Assembly: GCF_009914755.1 (NCBI RefSeq)
Contig: NC_060932.1
DNA length: 64,000 nucleotides
Origin: the human T2T-CHM13v2.0 reference genome, Homo sapiens
Strand: one strand, 5' to 3'
Made by a program: the position numbers and the translations under genes. Below the pieces are notes generated by a model. That model was not told the DNA's origin and did not search any database. It saw nothing but the letters and a program-made list of their open reading frames with translations. How positions within the stretch are numbered: the stretch's first letter is position 1; each line of letters begins with the position of its first letter. This document shows positions 36,603 to 53,743 of this stretch, piece by piece.

Positions 36603-37721
36603 GGAAAGGCAGATGAAGGTTTCAAAGAAAGAGACAGCTTAGAGAATTGAAAAGGAGAGTTTAGAAGTGCTGGCACAACTTAACTGGTTCAGCAGTTACC
36701 AGCTATATACAAGGCACTTAGTTTCTTTGGGCCTCAATTTCTGCCTTCATTTATTTAATCCACAAATAAGCAATGAGGACCATCTGTGTCTCAGGCACTC
36801 AGAACTGGTGATTCAGTGATGAGCAAAACAGGTGGAAATCTCTGCCCTCATAGAGTTTATGTTTTAGTCAGGAATGATGTAAGAAACAAATAAGCAAAAT
36901 AGGGCGTGAGGCGGTGATTAGTGTTAAGGGGAAAAATAAAGCAGAGAGAAGGGGCAGGGTGTATTGTGACATTCAGCTGACCTGACTGATGCCACAGAGT
37001 GTCTCTTGTGGGCTTTATAACTTGGTGATGTGTATGTCAAAATTCAGTGATTATAATTCTTATTCTAACAGTTTTCTCTAAAATTCCCGTGTACTTTTAA
37101 AGTTAATTTGAACTCTTTCTTATGTGGCTATAGTCATACCGTTTATCAGTAATGTTTAAAGCTACCCATCTACCTATGACTTTTGTTTCATTTTGTTTTA
37201 TGTCTACAGTGTTTATCTTTTGAAGTAGCCTTTTATCATCATATGAAGTCCAGTTTGCCCCAATATACTGATTTTTTGGTCATATTTCCCACAGAATGCA
37301 AAGTATTAACATAGTCTTGATTTGTTTTTAAGTTCCTAAAACAAAAACACTACTTTTAAATTTCTGTACTCATAAAATGCTAATAGAATAACAACATCAA
37401 CCATTCACTGGGAGCCAAGCATAGTATCAGGAGCTCATCATTTTCTACAACTTGCAAGGAAGTTATTACCCTCATACTGTTAATAAAATTTATGGTTCAG
37501 GAAGAGGTTAAATCATTTGTCAAAGGTCACTCAACCAGTAAATATAAAATGAGGTCTCCTTGGAGGTTGCTTTCGGCTCTATTGTATTATTATTCTATAT
37601 ATTTAGTGTGAAATTTATCAGGGTATGGTGTTCAATTTATAGTTCTTAAAAACTGAGTTGCCTAAAGACGGCTGCTCTGAACACTACATGCATTGTCCTC
37701 TCCTCCCATTTGTTTGCATAT

Positions 37722-38361
<640 letters not shown>

Positions 38362-39544
38362 CATAGTGATTCTTTTAACAAATATTTACCATTCATTTTC
38401 TTGCATCTATGCTGTTCCCAAGGATATAGATGTGTACAAAGTGTGGTCCCTGCCTTCATGTTTGGTGATTAAATTAAATGTTTATATATTTAAAGCTCCA
38501 TGGCTGGCATGTAGAAGCTTTAAATACAGTTTAGCTATTATGATTAGTGTTACCATTATGATATGACTAGCAACAATGATAAAATGAGGGGGTAGGGGTT
38601 CTTTAGTAAAGAACCTACTTTAGATCCTACTTCCATTTTTCTTTGCTAATTTAACTAGTGAAGCTCTGGAAAATTTCAGTCACTTCTAATGACAATGAAC
38701 AAAATGGGTTAATGTCCTATAATTTATGGTGAATGCATTTGGACTGTGGCTCTTGAAATATGGGGATGTCAACAATTTTCAGAGAAGCACTTTATGAATT
38801 TTAAGGGCAAAGATCTTGTCTCATCCCTATTGCTTTTTACTTACTAACTCATATAATGTCAACATGAGTGAAATGGAAGTAATTTTCAAAGTCCTGCCTA
38901 ACCAAACACACGTAGGAACAAAGGTTCCTCACAGGTAAAACAAATAGCCATCATCTCTAATTGTGTGCAGCATTGTTGACATGTATCATAAAGTCCAACG
39001 GCAGTGTGGCAAAGTTCCCCTTAAGCTGCTCACATGTGCAGCTGACCAGGACAAAGATATGGTCTGCCATAGCTTTTTATTTGGCCATAAACAATTGACA
39101 GTAAATAAGACCAACTCTAACCAGATTTGAGTAGTTTATAAACTTACTAATTGTGTCCTTAATCTCTCCTTTTCATACTTTTGCTGTCCTTAATGACCCT
39201 TTAACCCAATCAACTTCATTCATTCATACATTAAACAACTAGTTATGTGTGTCTGCAGTGGAGTAGGCACTCTCCTAGGTGGCAGCAGTACAAAAAGGAA
39301 CAAAATCATTCATATGTCCCTAATAGGTTTAGTGGGGAAAGTTAATGAAACATACAAATAAGTGTATTATTACAATTGTGAAATATTACACTCGTGATGT
39401 AGGAGAATTGTGAAAAGTGCTGTAAAGGAGAATTGTGTTGTACTATGAGTCTCTAGTCAGACAAGTCTTGTGCTATGAGAGTCTCTAGTCAGAGAAGTCA
39501 GAGAAGGTGATTGTGAAAACGTGCAACTGAGTTAAGATCTAAAG

Positions 39545-39773
39545 CAAGCTTGTCTAACCCGTGGCCCGCGGGCCACATGCGGCCCAGGACGGCTTTGAAT
39601 GTGGCCCAACTCAAATTCATAAATGTTTCTAAAATATTATGAGATGTTTTTGTTATTTATTTATTTATTTTTAAGCTCATCAGCTATCATTAGTATTAGT
39701 GTATTTCATGTGTGGCCCAAGATAATTCTTCTTCCAATGTGGCCCAGGGAAGCCAAAGAATTGGACATCCCTG
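39545..39773. mobile_element. MER30 hAT DNA transposon
   Basis: 'gcggcccaggacggctttgaatgtggcccaac'...'gtggcccagggaagccaaagaattggacatccctg'; about 230 bp. Confidence 0.88.
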
Positions 39774-41281
39774 ATAAAGAAAAAATTATGCAGAGGAAGA
39801 GGAAAGGAATGACCATGAGCAGAGACTTCCCGTAACTCTTCCTCCTTGGGCATTCTGGTCTCACTTTCTAACCCAAGCAGAACAGAGAAGATCCATGTCA
39901 TTTATACTGTTTGTCAGCATCAAGCCTTTCTCTTCTCCTGTTCCATCCACTGAAAATCTCTTCTTTCTCCATCAATTAGGTAATGCCTCCTATTTCCTAA
40001 GCCTGGCTATCAAAACAGGGATTCATTATCCTGTTTTGTTGTGTCCTGTCCTGGTACAAGGGCACATAGTACCTTCTCTCCAGGAACCGTTCATGTCTCC
40101 TTTGCCTCTGCTTTCATGCCAAGGCATATATTAAGGTCTCTTGAACCCCTGCTGGAAATGCAGCTTCTCTCTCTGCTGGCAGGTGTCTAGAAAAGACACA
40201 GCCCTCTTCTTTCCTTCACTAGTGATGTGGAAAAACTGATATACTCTATCTGTAGACCTGCCTTGACTCATCTGAAAAGTGGGCCTCGTCATTCTTAGCT
40301 CCTAAAGTTGCCATCACTGTTATCTACCTAATATAGGATGCCTTATCCATATTGTTTACATAGAAAATTTTAGCCGAACCTTCAAACTTCCAAACACTTA
40401 AGATTTTACATTTTAATTGAATGTCATTTTAATTGAATGTTAAAATTTTACATTTTAATTGAATTCTAATAATTTGAAACTCTTGTCCTTCCTTCTTATT
40501 CTTTCCTTATGAAGCTTTTGATGGCATATTAAAAGGCAATGGCTTGATAATCTTTTTATGTTAATGCCAGTAGAGAATCCTTCTTATATTTCTTGACATT
40601 GAGCTTAACTTTGGGATTTAAGGGGCCAGCAGTAAGAGGTTGTGGGATCTCCATGAAATATCTAGAGATGAGATAACATGCTGGCCATGGAAACTTCCCC
40701 TCAATTTCTAGTGAAATTATAATTGTTTTGAGAAATATGACTTTGTTAGGAAGTTACTGCAAAATTAAATAGTAGCTTTGAAATTGGCAGTTATTCATAT
40801 AAATAAATTCCTTCAGGAAGAGCTGGATTCAGAAGCAGTTTGGCAGTTGTATTAAACAGCGGTTTTAAGGATGCCACAGATTTCTTTAAAAAAAGGCATT
40901 GATAAGAATTAGCAGATTGAACCATAAATTGAACCTCCTTCCATACGTTGGCCATACATATGCTAATTCAAAAATGTAAAATCGTTATTATTCCCTCATT
41001 AATTTGATTCGATTACCTTTACAAAATAGTTTACAGAACCTGACATGTATATTATATACTATTTGATTATAATAAATGTGAATATTTACTCTTCTTAAGG
41101 AAGTTAAAGATTCACTCTTCTTAAGGAAGTTAAGTAGTTCAAACATATTTATACATCTTATAGGCAAATAATCAAATAGTTTATTCCAAAATGGTATAAC
41201 CATGATTTAGTTTAGGAAGACAGTCTTCCAGATAAAGATGGACATTTGAGAATTTTTTTAATACTTAAAAAGGTTTTATCT

Positions 41282-41572
<291 letters not shown>

Positions 41573-42081
41573 GGCCAGGGAGTGGGGGAGTTTATCTAAG
41601 TTAGTCAAAACCAAGTAATTAAAATATATAATAAGTAGCATAGAGTTTTCTAGTGATAATTAATAGCTACAAGCATGGAATAATTAAATATTAAGAGAGG
41701 CTGTCTGGTCCAAGTTCTAGGCCTACATATGATATGCACTACATTGAACTGAATATAGGGGCTAGTGAGAATGAGCAGGCTAGAATAAAGAAAGCATGCA
41801 GCTCATTAGAAGGAAATAAATAAAGCTGGGCAAATTAGAACAGATTAAGCTCAAAAGATACTTGATTTTGAAAATAAAAACTGATGTGGAGCCATAATGA
41901 CTATTCCATAGTTTGAGTCTTTACAGAGATGATCTAAGCAGGCATCATTCAACTAATATTTATTGAGCAACTATTATATTCCAGATATTGTTCTTTGAAT
42001 GCTAGATGATTCACACACAGACCCTGTCATTGGAAAGTTTCCTATTTAATAGTAGAGGTAAAATATACATGTGAATCATAG

Positions 42082-42828
<747 letters not shown>

Positions 42829-44828
42829 ATATATACACAAGTCATTATAATATAAATAATAATAATTGATAATAGAAAGTACACCGTGCTATGCAAATGC
42901 AAAAGGAGGATGCCTTCATGGGGAAGATGGTAAATCTCAAGGGGAAGCATTAAGCACGAAAATCTGTTATAATTATTGGAGAACCAAGATATTGTTAGTA
43001 TTTAATGAAAACAGAATCCTGAAACACATCATTACTGCAGAAACAATAAAGAATTTTTATCCAGCAAAATTAACAGTCCTTCTGTGGCCATTTTTCTCAT
43101 TCCATGAAAATGTCATTCAGAAGTGGCTGTGACCTGGGACCTCAAAGCCGTGATCACTCTGCATGTACCTGTGCTCCAGACCCAGCTCTGCGGCTGCTCT
43201 GCATGCACTTGCACTTCTGACAGTGGCATCTCTGTGGCCCAAACATGCCCATGTGCTGGACCTACCACCAAGGGGCATCCCCTTGGCCACAACTACCCCT
43301 GATAGAAGGAAAAGAGATCAGCAGCACTGCAGCACCTTTTACTGCCAAGGACCCCAATATATGCAAATCAATCAATGTGATATAACACATTAACAAAACG
43401 AAAGAAAAAAACCCAGATCATCACAATAGATGCAGAGAAAGCATTTGACAAAGTTCAGCATCCATTCATGATTAAAGCTCTCAACAAAATAGGTATAGAA
43501 GCAATTTACCTTAACACAATATAGGCTATATATGAGACTCCCACAACTAACATCATCATCAGTGGGGAAAAGCTGCAAGCTTTTTCTGTAATATCTGGTA
43601 CAAGGAAAGAATACTTACTTTCTCTACTTTTCAACATAGTACTGGAAGTCCTAGTCAACAATTAAATAAGGAAAAAGAAAGGCAACCAAATCAGAAAATA
43701 AATAATGTTATCTCTGTTTGCAAATGACATGATCATGTACATAGAAAAGTCTAAAGACTCAATAAAAAACCGTTAGAACTAATAAATGAATTCAGTCAAG
43801 TTGCAGGTTATAAAATCAACATACTAAAAATCAATCATATTTCTATATACAAGGAATAAAGTATCTGAAAAGGGAATTAAAAAATCAATCCATTTACAAT
43901 AGCAATAAAAATAATAAAGTACTCACAAACAACCAAACAGGTCAAAGATTTATACATGAAAAATTATAAGACATTAATAAAGGAAGTTGAAAAAGATACA
44001 TGTAAATGGAAAGACATCCCTTCATAGATAGGAAGAATTAATATTATTAAAATGTCCATATTACTGGAAGTGATCTACATATTCAATGCAATTCCTATCA
44101 AAATCCTAATGGTATTCTTCACAAAAATAGAAAAAACAATTTTAAAATGCATATGGAACTACAAAGCAACCTGAATAGCCAAAACAATATTGAGCAAAGA
44201 CATGAAAGCTAGAGGCATTATACCTCCTGATTTCAAAATATATTACAAAGCCACAGTAATCAAAACAGTGTGTCTTAGGCATAAAAACAGACACATAGAC
44301 CAATGGGACAGAATAGAGAGCCCAGAAATAAATCCACGTATGTATGATCAACTAATGTTTGAAAGGGTGCGAAGAGCACACATTGGGGAAAGGATAGTGT
44401 CTTCAATAAATGTTGGGAAAATTAGATATCCATATGGAAAATAATTAAATTGGACCCTTATCTCATATGGTATACAAAAATCAACTTAAAATGGATTAAA
44501 GACTTTAATGTAACACTTGAAACTGTGAAACTACTAAAAGGAAACATAGGGAAAAACTTCTTGACATTGGTCTGGACAATGATTTTTTGGATATGGTGCC
44601 AAAAACAAAAGCAACAATAGCAAAAATGGACAAATGGATAATTTAAAACTAAAAACCTGCACAGCAAAGGAAACAATCATCAGAATAAAAAGGCATTCTA
44701 CAGAATGGGAGAAAATATTTGCAAAGCATATATATGATGTGGTTAAAATACAAAATATATAAGGAACTCGTGCAACTCAATAGCAAGAAACAAACAAACA
44801 AATAACCTGATTTAAAAATGGGTAAAGG

Positions 44829-44919
44829 GGCCAATAGGAGGATCATTTGAGACCAGGAGTTCAAGACCAACCTCCACAACATTGCGAGACTTGTCTCAAA
44901 AAAAAAAAAAAAAAAAAAA
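44829..44919 (+). mobile_element. Truncated Alu monomer fragment with poly-A inside the L1
   Basis: 'ggaggatcatttgagaccaggagttcaagacc...gtctc(A)n', flanked by ggtaaagg on both sides. Confidence 0.75.
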
Positions 44920-45405
44920 GGTAAAGGACCTGAATAGCCATTTTTCAAAAGAAGACATGTAAATAGCCAATAGGTATATGAAAAGGTACTCAACTTCACT
45001 AATCATCAATGAAACACAAAGCAAAACAAAAGTGAAGTATTATTTTACACATGTTAGAATGGCTGTTATCAGAAAGACAAAAAGTAAGTATTCACAAGGA
45101 TGTGGAGAAAAGGAAATGTTCGTACATTGTTGGTAGGAATGTAAGTTGGTACAGTCATTATGGAAAGAGTATGAAGATTCCTCAAAAAATTAATAGTAGT
45201 ATGATCCAGCAATCCTACTCTGGGTATATATCCAAAGCAAATGAAATCAGTATGTTGAAGAGGTATCCGCACTCACATGTTCATTGCAGCGTTATTCACA
45301 ATAGCCAAGATATGGGAACAACCAAAATGTCCATCAATGGACAAATGAATAAAGAAAATGTTTGTGTATGTGTGTGTGTGTATATATATATGTATGTATG
45401 CACAT

Positions 45406-45766
45406 ATGTCATGTGATGCCTAACAGCATTTCAGTTAACAGTGAACCACATATATGACAGTGGTCCCATAAGATTATACGGTATTCTTACTGTACCTTTT
45501 CTATGTTTAGATACTTTTTGATACACAAATACTTACCATTATGCTACAATTGCCTTTAGTATTCAGTACAGTAACATGCTGTATTGCATAGGTTTTTAGC
45601 CTAAGAGCAATAGACTATACCACATAGCATAGTAGGCTTATAGCAGGTGCATAGTAGGCTTATACCATCTAGGTTAGTGTAAGTACTATGATGTTCACAC
45701 AATGACAAAATTGCCTAACGATGCATTTCTTAGAATGTGTCCCCATAGTAAAGTGACACATGACTG
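45406..45766. mobile_element. Tigger3a/MER7-type DNA transposon inside the L1
   Basis: 'gtcatgtg...ccacatatatgacagtggtcccataagattata'...'gtgacacatgactg' followed by TA. Confidence 0.82.
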
Positions 45767-48512
45767 TATATGCATTGGAATATTACTTAGATTTAGAAAA
45801 GAAAATTCTATCATTTGCAGCAACATGGATGAGCCTGGCAGACATTATACTAAGTGAAATAAACCAGATGCAGAAAGACAAATACTACATGATTTCATTT
45901 ATACATGGAATATAAAAATGTCAGACTCAGAATCAGAGAGTAGAATGGTGGCTACAAGGGTCTAGGGAGAGGGAGATAAGGGGAGATGTAGGTCAAAGGG
46001 CACAAAGTTTCAGTTATGTAAGATAAATAAGTTTTGGAGAGCTAATGCACAATGATGTGACTATAGTTAATATTGTATAGTATACTTGAAATTTGCTCAA
46101 GGGGTAGATCTGAAGTGTTCTGATCATACATACGCACACAGAGAAGAAGTTACAAGAAACAGTTTGAGATAAATGGGTGGAGAAAGCTGTTAAATAATAG
46201 GATGAGATTTTCTTTTGCAGGCCATCTATTTTATTCAGAGGTTGAAAACACATGCCTCCAGGCAGGTAACATATGAGAAAAAGGGACTAGGAAGGAACTG
46301 TGGCTAACTGGTAGCTCATACATGCATAGTCAGTAGTGACAGTCCAGCCAGTCCCCAGCACTGGTGGATTTTTGTCACAGCAGGATTGTGTATTTAAAGG
46401 TTCTGTGGAAAGAAATACTATTTTTTAAAATACTGTGTCTATTAGTCATACCAGTTTCTGAGCTAAGAGTTTAGGCTTAATTCAGCAAATGGGATGCATT
46501 GTTCTCTATGTACTAAAGTATGCAGGAATATTTCTTTAAACTTTTCCAGTCTAAATGTTTCTTAAATTTTTGCCCAAACATCTGGGAAGATCTCTTAGTT
46601 TCTATCAGATATCTCCCTTTTTGCAATTTGTAAATCAAAGCGATTTTCTAAATTCAGTCAAGTAGGAGAGGAAAATAGAATTGCTGTTGGTGACTGTGGC
46701 TCCTAACTATGGTTAGTGAGTTCTGAGGGTGAAACAAAGCTGACCCTGGAGTTGTTCCTTGGCACTTCCAGCAAGGCTGCTTCAGGTTCCTTGCCTGTGG
46801 TTGACCCTGCACATGGAGATCCTGCCAATCCCACTCATATTTACAGGTATCACTCCTGCAGGTAAGCCTAACATACATGTCTCTTCACCGTGAGCCAGGT
46901 AATGAATATATATGTGTAATTTAATCATGGTTTATAACCTATGCCTAATAAAAGAGTGCTTGTGAATTTAGAAATGTTTGAAAAAATGAGTTAGAAATTA
47001 AGAAAATAAGCAGGTTTTAAATTTGAAAACTAGTAAAGTGTCAATATGTATGTATGTGTGTATGTGTGTGTGTATCAGGTGTTTACTGCATTTCTAGCAC
47101 CAGGTATGGCTAACATTTTACCCCACAGTATTTTCCTGGGCCTAAAAGATTACCATTTAATAATATCTGCTATTTGCCTGGCACTTTATTAAACTGTCTC
47201 TAATCCTTAAGACAACCCTAAGAAGTAAATGCTAGTATCCCCATTTTTATAAAGAAATAGAGGCTTAGGAATTTGAGTGACTTGCCCAAGATCACATATT
47301 CAGTACATTGCATAGCAAACAGCCTGTGCTTTGCCTACTGCACAATACAGACTCAAGAATGTGCACATGATAGGACAAGGATATTTAAAATGAGAATTTC
47401 ATGTATTGTATTCCATTTCATTTTGTGAGCATGTGTATGTGTGTGAGCATATGTGTCTGTATACATATATATATATATTTGTATCATGTGCATATGTATG
47501 ATCATTCTGAGCAATAGTAAATTCCTTTTAAAGATGCGCAGTGTATTACTGAAGACAGTGGAGGGTAGGAGTTAGGAATATAGGCCGTAGAATGAACCTA
47601 GGTCATTTCACCATAAATCATAGCCTGGACTTCAGATCCCTTTTCTGTAAGATCAGGGTTATTGCGAGGTCCACATTAGACAAAATTCAGCTTGGCACAG
47701 TGTTTCATATATTTGGCACTTAATTTAAATTTAATTTAAGTATTGGTCAGTATTGTCATTAATAATCTGTATGTTTTCTCCTTAAATTTCTTGTCTTCTC
47801 TCTTACTTATTAAAAATATCACTATACATTGAACCTAGATTCTATAATCCAAAGGCATCAATGGACATTGAGATGCTTGCCTCATATCCAAGATGTAAGA
47901 GAAAGTGCACATGCCTATTTTAAGGCAGGCCACAGATAGGCTATAACTTTCAGGTATGAGTGGGTCAATACAATCAAACAAATCAGATAAAATTTAGTAA
48001 GAGCATAGACAGACAGTATTTGGAGCAAGTATACAAAGACATAGAAAAGACTATCTACAGGGAGGTTGGAAACATTTAGGATATACTGGGTAGAGAAATT
48101 ATAGGTTCATCTTTTGGGCAGCTGTTTAGATACAATCTAGTAGGATTGAATAAAGGGAATTTAAGTCACAATACATCCATTCTTTACATCTTTTGCTATG
48201 TAATGCTACAGGCAGGCAGTAATGAGTACTAGGTTCATTGCAATGAGATAGAACTGAAAAAGGTACATCTAAAAGGATTTTTAAGACTAAAACTTGGTGG
48301 CAGATTGAATTTAGGTGGAGGGAGAGAAAGATGTTCTAGGTAGCTCCAATGTTTGGCCGCCATAGGTTTATGAGAAGTGGGAGAAGCAGATCTAGTTTGT
48401 CCAGGGGGCATTGTCCAGTTTTATACTTTGAATTTAGAGTGATCCACTGGAGTTATCTTAGAAGCCGAAACTAACAAGATCCACTTTTTTTTTTTTTTTT
48501 TTTTTTTTACAG

Positions 48513-49480
<968 letters not shown>

Positions 49481-49527
49481 TTCTTCTAATTGTAAGTTGC
49501 TATAATTCCGTGGCTCATGGGTCTATG

Positions 49528-49592
49528 AGTAGCAATGGTGTCTTTCAATCTATAGCAATCAGTAGCAATGGTGTCTTTCCATCTATAACCAT
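49528..49592 (+). repeat. Two-copy 33-bp tandem duplication
   Basis: agtagcaatggtgtctttc(a/c)atctata occurs twice. Confidence 0.85.
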
Positions 49593-50619
49593 ATCAATTT
49601 CCAAGGGAGAGAGAATACCAATAGAACTTCATTCTACATTTAATTACTGAAGAGATGCAAGCTTTAAAGCTTATCAAATAGTTGTCTGTCATATGACTAA
49701 AGCCTTCCTTCAGGAACTACACATAACCGTAGAGAATGTTACTAATGAAACACTGCCTACATTCTTTCTGTATATCTGCTATTTCTGCAGTTCTTTGTTA
49801 GTAAAACACCATTTGAAACAATGTTGTCAAAGCATTCCAAATATCTTACATCAAGTGTCATCTTCTCAGAGAGTACTTCTCTAATGACTCAATCTAGTCC
49901 TGAGTTACTTTCCATTGCATTATCTTGTTGTCTTTTTTTCATATTTAAGACTAACTACTAACACACTATTCATTTGTTTACTTATTTGTTGTCTGACTCA
50001 CTTCCCAACATAGAAGCATTGTAGAGAGGGATCTTGTGTGTCTTGTTCACTCTTCCTCTAGCATTCAGAAATAGTACCATCATAGACATATCTTAAACAT
50101 AATTGAATTAATGAAACATCTAGGTTGGGGCTTGAGGTATTTCTCAAAGGTAACTCTATCCTTGCTACAGTGTTTCTGGACCTTTCTGTATAATTTAAGT
50201 AATCTACACTGAAGCTCTGATGTATTTGCCATGGTGACAGAGTATAAATGCTACTACCTAGTCTTTAAGAGACATTTATGAATTTAAAGGCAATCAGTGA
50301 ATCTTCCTTTGGTTATCCTATGCTATGAAGAATATTCCCAGTCGCACTCACTTCATCTTAGTTTTGACTTTGAAATCCTTTACAAGTTGAGGTTTTTATG
50401 TGAACTCTCTTCCTCTTCTCCAAGCTACATTCTTGGTTGCAGAGCTCAGAATTTCACATGGTAGCTTCTTCCAGTCAAAGGACCATGTGGTTATCCAGAT
50501 AAAATGTCTTTTCCTAGGTCATCTATCCATTTTATAATATCTTGGGAGCTAACTTGGATGAGATAATCAACTGTGGTTGTCGTTCACCCTACTACATTCC
50601 CCTAGATTGCCTTTCAAAG

Positions 50620-52730
50620 TGACTTTTTCCTTTTCCTCAAACCTCCTAATCTCCTCCTCTCAGCAGATGACTTTGTTTCATATTTCCGTGAGAAAACAGA
50701 CATCATCCTTCAGGAACTCTCTCATCTTTTCATCACGAATTCATCTACTTATCTGATCCTCACTCACCCTTTCCTACCTTCCTTCCTACTACCCTTGATG
50801 AAGAGCCCTTTCACTTATCTAAGGCCAGCACCCACTTGTACTTTGTACCTGTCTCATCTTCTAAAGGATTTTGATTCTGTGAGTGTCCCCATATTTAAGG
50901 CATGAGTTTCTAATCCCTACAGGGTTATTTCCATCAGCACATAAATAAGCTATACTATCATTTATCTTGGGGGTGGGGGGGAACTCCAGCTTCTTCTTCA
51001 TTTTCTAGTTTCCCTTCATAGCAAAAGTTCTTACAAGAATTGTCTATTAGTTGTTGTCTTTGCTTTCTCACATTTTCTGCACAGCCCACTTCAATTAGAC
51101 TTTCTTCCCCAACACTTCACCCCTATTTTCAAGGTCACTAATCACTTTCCAATTGCTAAATCCAGTGGTTATTTTGATGCTTTAATTTTGTTTAGCCTTC
51201 CCCTGGGATATGTCCCAAATTTTCCTTTTTAAAATACTTTTTGTTTCTTTTGCTTTTGCCTTGGATTCTGTTACACTATATATCTGGGAAATCCTGAAAC
51301 ATAGATTTTTGTAATATTGAGGCATTTCTCTCAGAAGAAACCTTCCCAGGAGTGAGGGAATCTGGACAGGGCAGGGAAAGAACCTGGATAAAGAGGTGGT
51401 TCCAGGAGAAATGTAGTCTCAGCCCAATCCCTTCAGAGCTTTGGGGCATGCCCTGCAGCACAGAGGCAAAGGGGTTGGGCTGTTATGTCCTGGCATCTGC
51501 CATGGTGTAGCAGCTGTCTGGAAGGATGGAGCAGAGGCACAACCTTCCAGGTAAAGCCCTTCCTTGCAGTTAAGGGAAATTCTTCCAAGAAGGGCGCAGG
51601 AGAAAGTCCTCACGGGATAAATTCATGGTAGCTGCGGATGGAGCACGACTCAGCTGTGGGATGTGGTGTACCAGATGCTTTAAGTGGCCTATCTTTGCCT
51701 TCTACTTCAGCCACTCCTCAGTCAGTTCCTCTGCTGGGCTTGCATTCTCATCTCTTAAAATTCCACATGATGCCTTTTACTTACTGAAAGCTCACAAATT
51801 TATTCTGTGCTCTTGATTACTCCGGAGAACCCTAGAATTACATTTACAGCTCCTACTTGACATTTTCATTTAAAGATCTAAAAGGCTTCTTAATTTTAAC
51901 AGGGATAAAACTAAACTCTTGATTCCTTGTCCCTCCTCCAAACCTGCCCTTGTCCCAGTTTCCCCATCTCAGGTGCTCAAGTTCCAAAGTTAGGTGCTAC
52001 TCATGATTCTTCTATTTATCTTACATCATACAACATTCTGGCTCTTCATCCAAAGCATATCCCAAACCCATCCACGTCTCTCCAGGTCCACCATCCACTA
52101 CCTAGCTAAAGCCATTGCCTCTTGCCTGCACCACTGCAGTATTGCCTCTGTGTTCTCTTTGTGTTTCACTTCTTGCTACCCCTGCAGATTCTGCTGTACA
52201 GATGCCAGGATGATCCTGTTAAAACACATGTCAAATAATGTTACACATATGCTTAAAACCCTACAGTCATTTCTCACTGAACTTAGAGTAAAATCCCAAC
52301 CCCTTACCCTAGTTTATGAAACCATATGTAATCTGGCCCAAGTATACCTTTCCAACCTCTTTTTCGCTGAGTGTTCCTCTACCTGCAGTGCTCAGCCACA
52401 TTAGCTGCATCTCCTGGGGCTCCTCAACCACACCAAGAATGTGCCTCCATTGGGGTCTTTATTTTGACAATTTCTTCTTCCTTATTGTCACTCAGATCTC
52501 AGTCTATATATCAACTTCTAAGACAGGTTCTCCTGATCAACAAATCACTTTCTCCTCACTCTTTAAATTGTCTCTAGAACACTTAATACTGTCTGTTATT
52601 TTTGTATTAATTTGTTTAGCCATTTAGTCATTGGATGGTTGCTTTCTTACTGTGTAAGTGCCTTGAGGGCAAAGATGTTACATGTCTTATGCATGCAATG
52701 AATATTTTTTAATGAGTGAATAAATGAATG
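50620..52730 (+). mobile_element. Fragmented L2 element, interrupted by an old LTR-like piece at about 51270-51670
   Basis: Pyrimidine-rich L2-type text 'tcagcagatgactttgtttcatattt' and 'caaggtcactaatcactttcca', with 3' tail 'gaatatttttt aatgagtgaataaatgaatg'. Confidence 0.65.
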
Positions 52731-53159
52731 GTGACCCACCTGCTTTAAGAGATATGTATTCACTTAGAATATGTGCAGTTTAGACTGCATTTTTAAGCTG
52801 TTTGTTTATGGATATATTTCTAAGCATCAAAAAACCCACAAAAAAACAAAAACTAAACCAAAACTGAAACCCACCCTGCTTTACAGTCAAGATTGATTAT
52901 AATCTGTGATTTCCCTTTGACATATGATGAAATCTAGTTACTATGTATCTTCATATATCTGGGCCAGACCCTTATATTCTGTAAAACACAATGACAAAAA
53001 TATATCTAACTCTTATGTAAGAACTTACCACATAACATACAAAATGAGCACTGTACAGTATATGCCCTCAGAAATACACAGAAGAGCATTGATAGTGTGG
53101 GACATTACAAGCTGTTTCTTGTTTACTTTAAAAATACATGTTACCATCCCTTTTTTTAG

Positions 53160-53605
53160 GTGATAATTCACCATGAGTCTCACACTTCTGCACATTCTGT
53201 TAACAGAGGCACTGGCTGGCTTTGTTTTGGACCAATTTTTCCAGTATAATTACATAGCAGACAAGCTTGGAAATTAGAAATAGTGTCTCCCTCTGGACCG
53301 AAGGGCAGGCATGGTTACTGCCCATCATAAAAGATTCATCATAAAAGATTTGCCCATCAAAAAAAACTCATTGTTCCTGTTCAGTAACACAGCCTACTTC
53401 ACATCTAGGTATCTCTTTGTGTTCTTTGCATTTTCAGTGCAAAAATAGTAATATTCTGGACACTTCTATTGCTCTAAGTAGTAAACGGTCCCTTGTATCT
53501 TTCCCAGGGGTCTCATGTTTTCTACCAGCATTCATGAAACTGTGGCAGGTTCACTTGTTAGCTTGTAAACTGGGTAAAATCTTGGACCTTTCACAATGCC
53601 TGACA
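53160..53605 (+). mobile_element. Probable ERV1-class solo LTR (MER34/MER39-like); family uncertain
   Basis: TG...CA ends, 'tagtgtctccctctggaccgaagggcagg', and AGTAAA poly(A)-like signal followed by 'gtcccttgtatct'. Confidence 0.5.
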
Positions 53606-53743
53606 CATTCTTGCGTATCTCGCCAGTCCTCAGGGAGATTTTCTTGGGCTGTCAGTACTGCTAGACTGCTGTGCATGTTTCACTAAATTTAGGCAAAAGA
53701 ATGAAATCTACCTTGTTTTGGAAGAGACTGCAAATAGTCACTT

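Larger units (their letters stand above)
43355..46180 (+). mobile_element. L1MA-type element: degraded ORF2 3' half and 3' UTR
   Basis: RT-region text 'atagatgcagagaaagcatttgacaaagttcagcatccattcatgattaaa' and 'ctctgtttgcaaatgacatgat'; ORF fragment [14 protein letters not shown]...[15 protein letters not shown]; multiple stops and frameshifts. Confidence 0.92.

Noticed and set aside
39561-39576. Perfect 16-bp palindrome gtggcccgcgggccac
   Set aside because: Part of the MER30 subterminal sequence; explained by the element.
40403-41135. Short AT-rich tandem duplications (cattttaattgaat x3; actcttcttaaggaagttaa x2), with similar ones near 4885, 39445, 53335 and 60910
   Set aside because: Ordinary slippage products with no spacer structure; not CRISPR-like or otherwise organised.
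44142-45416. ORFs resembling L1 ORF2
   Set aside because: Short fragments of an old, frameshifted L1MA; not an active element or a domesticated gene on this evidence.
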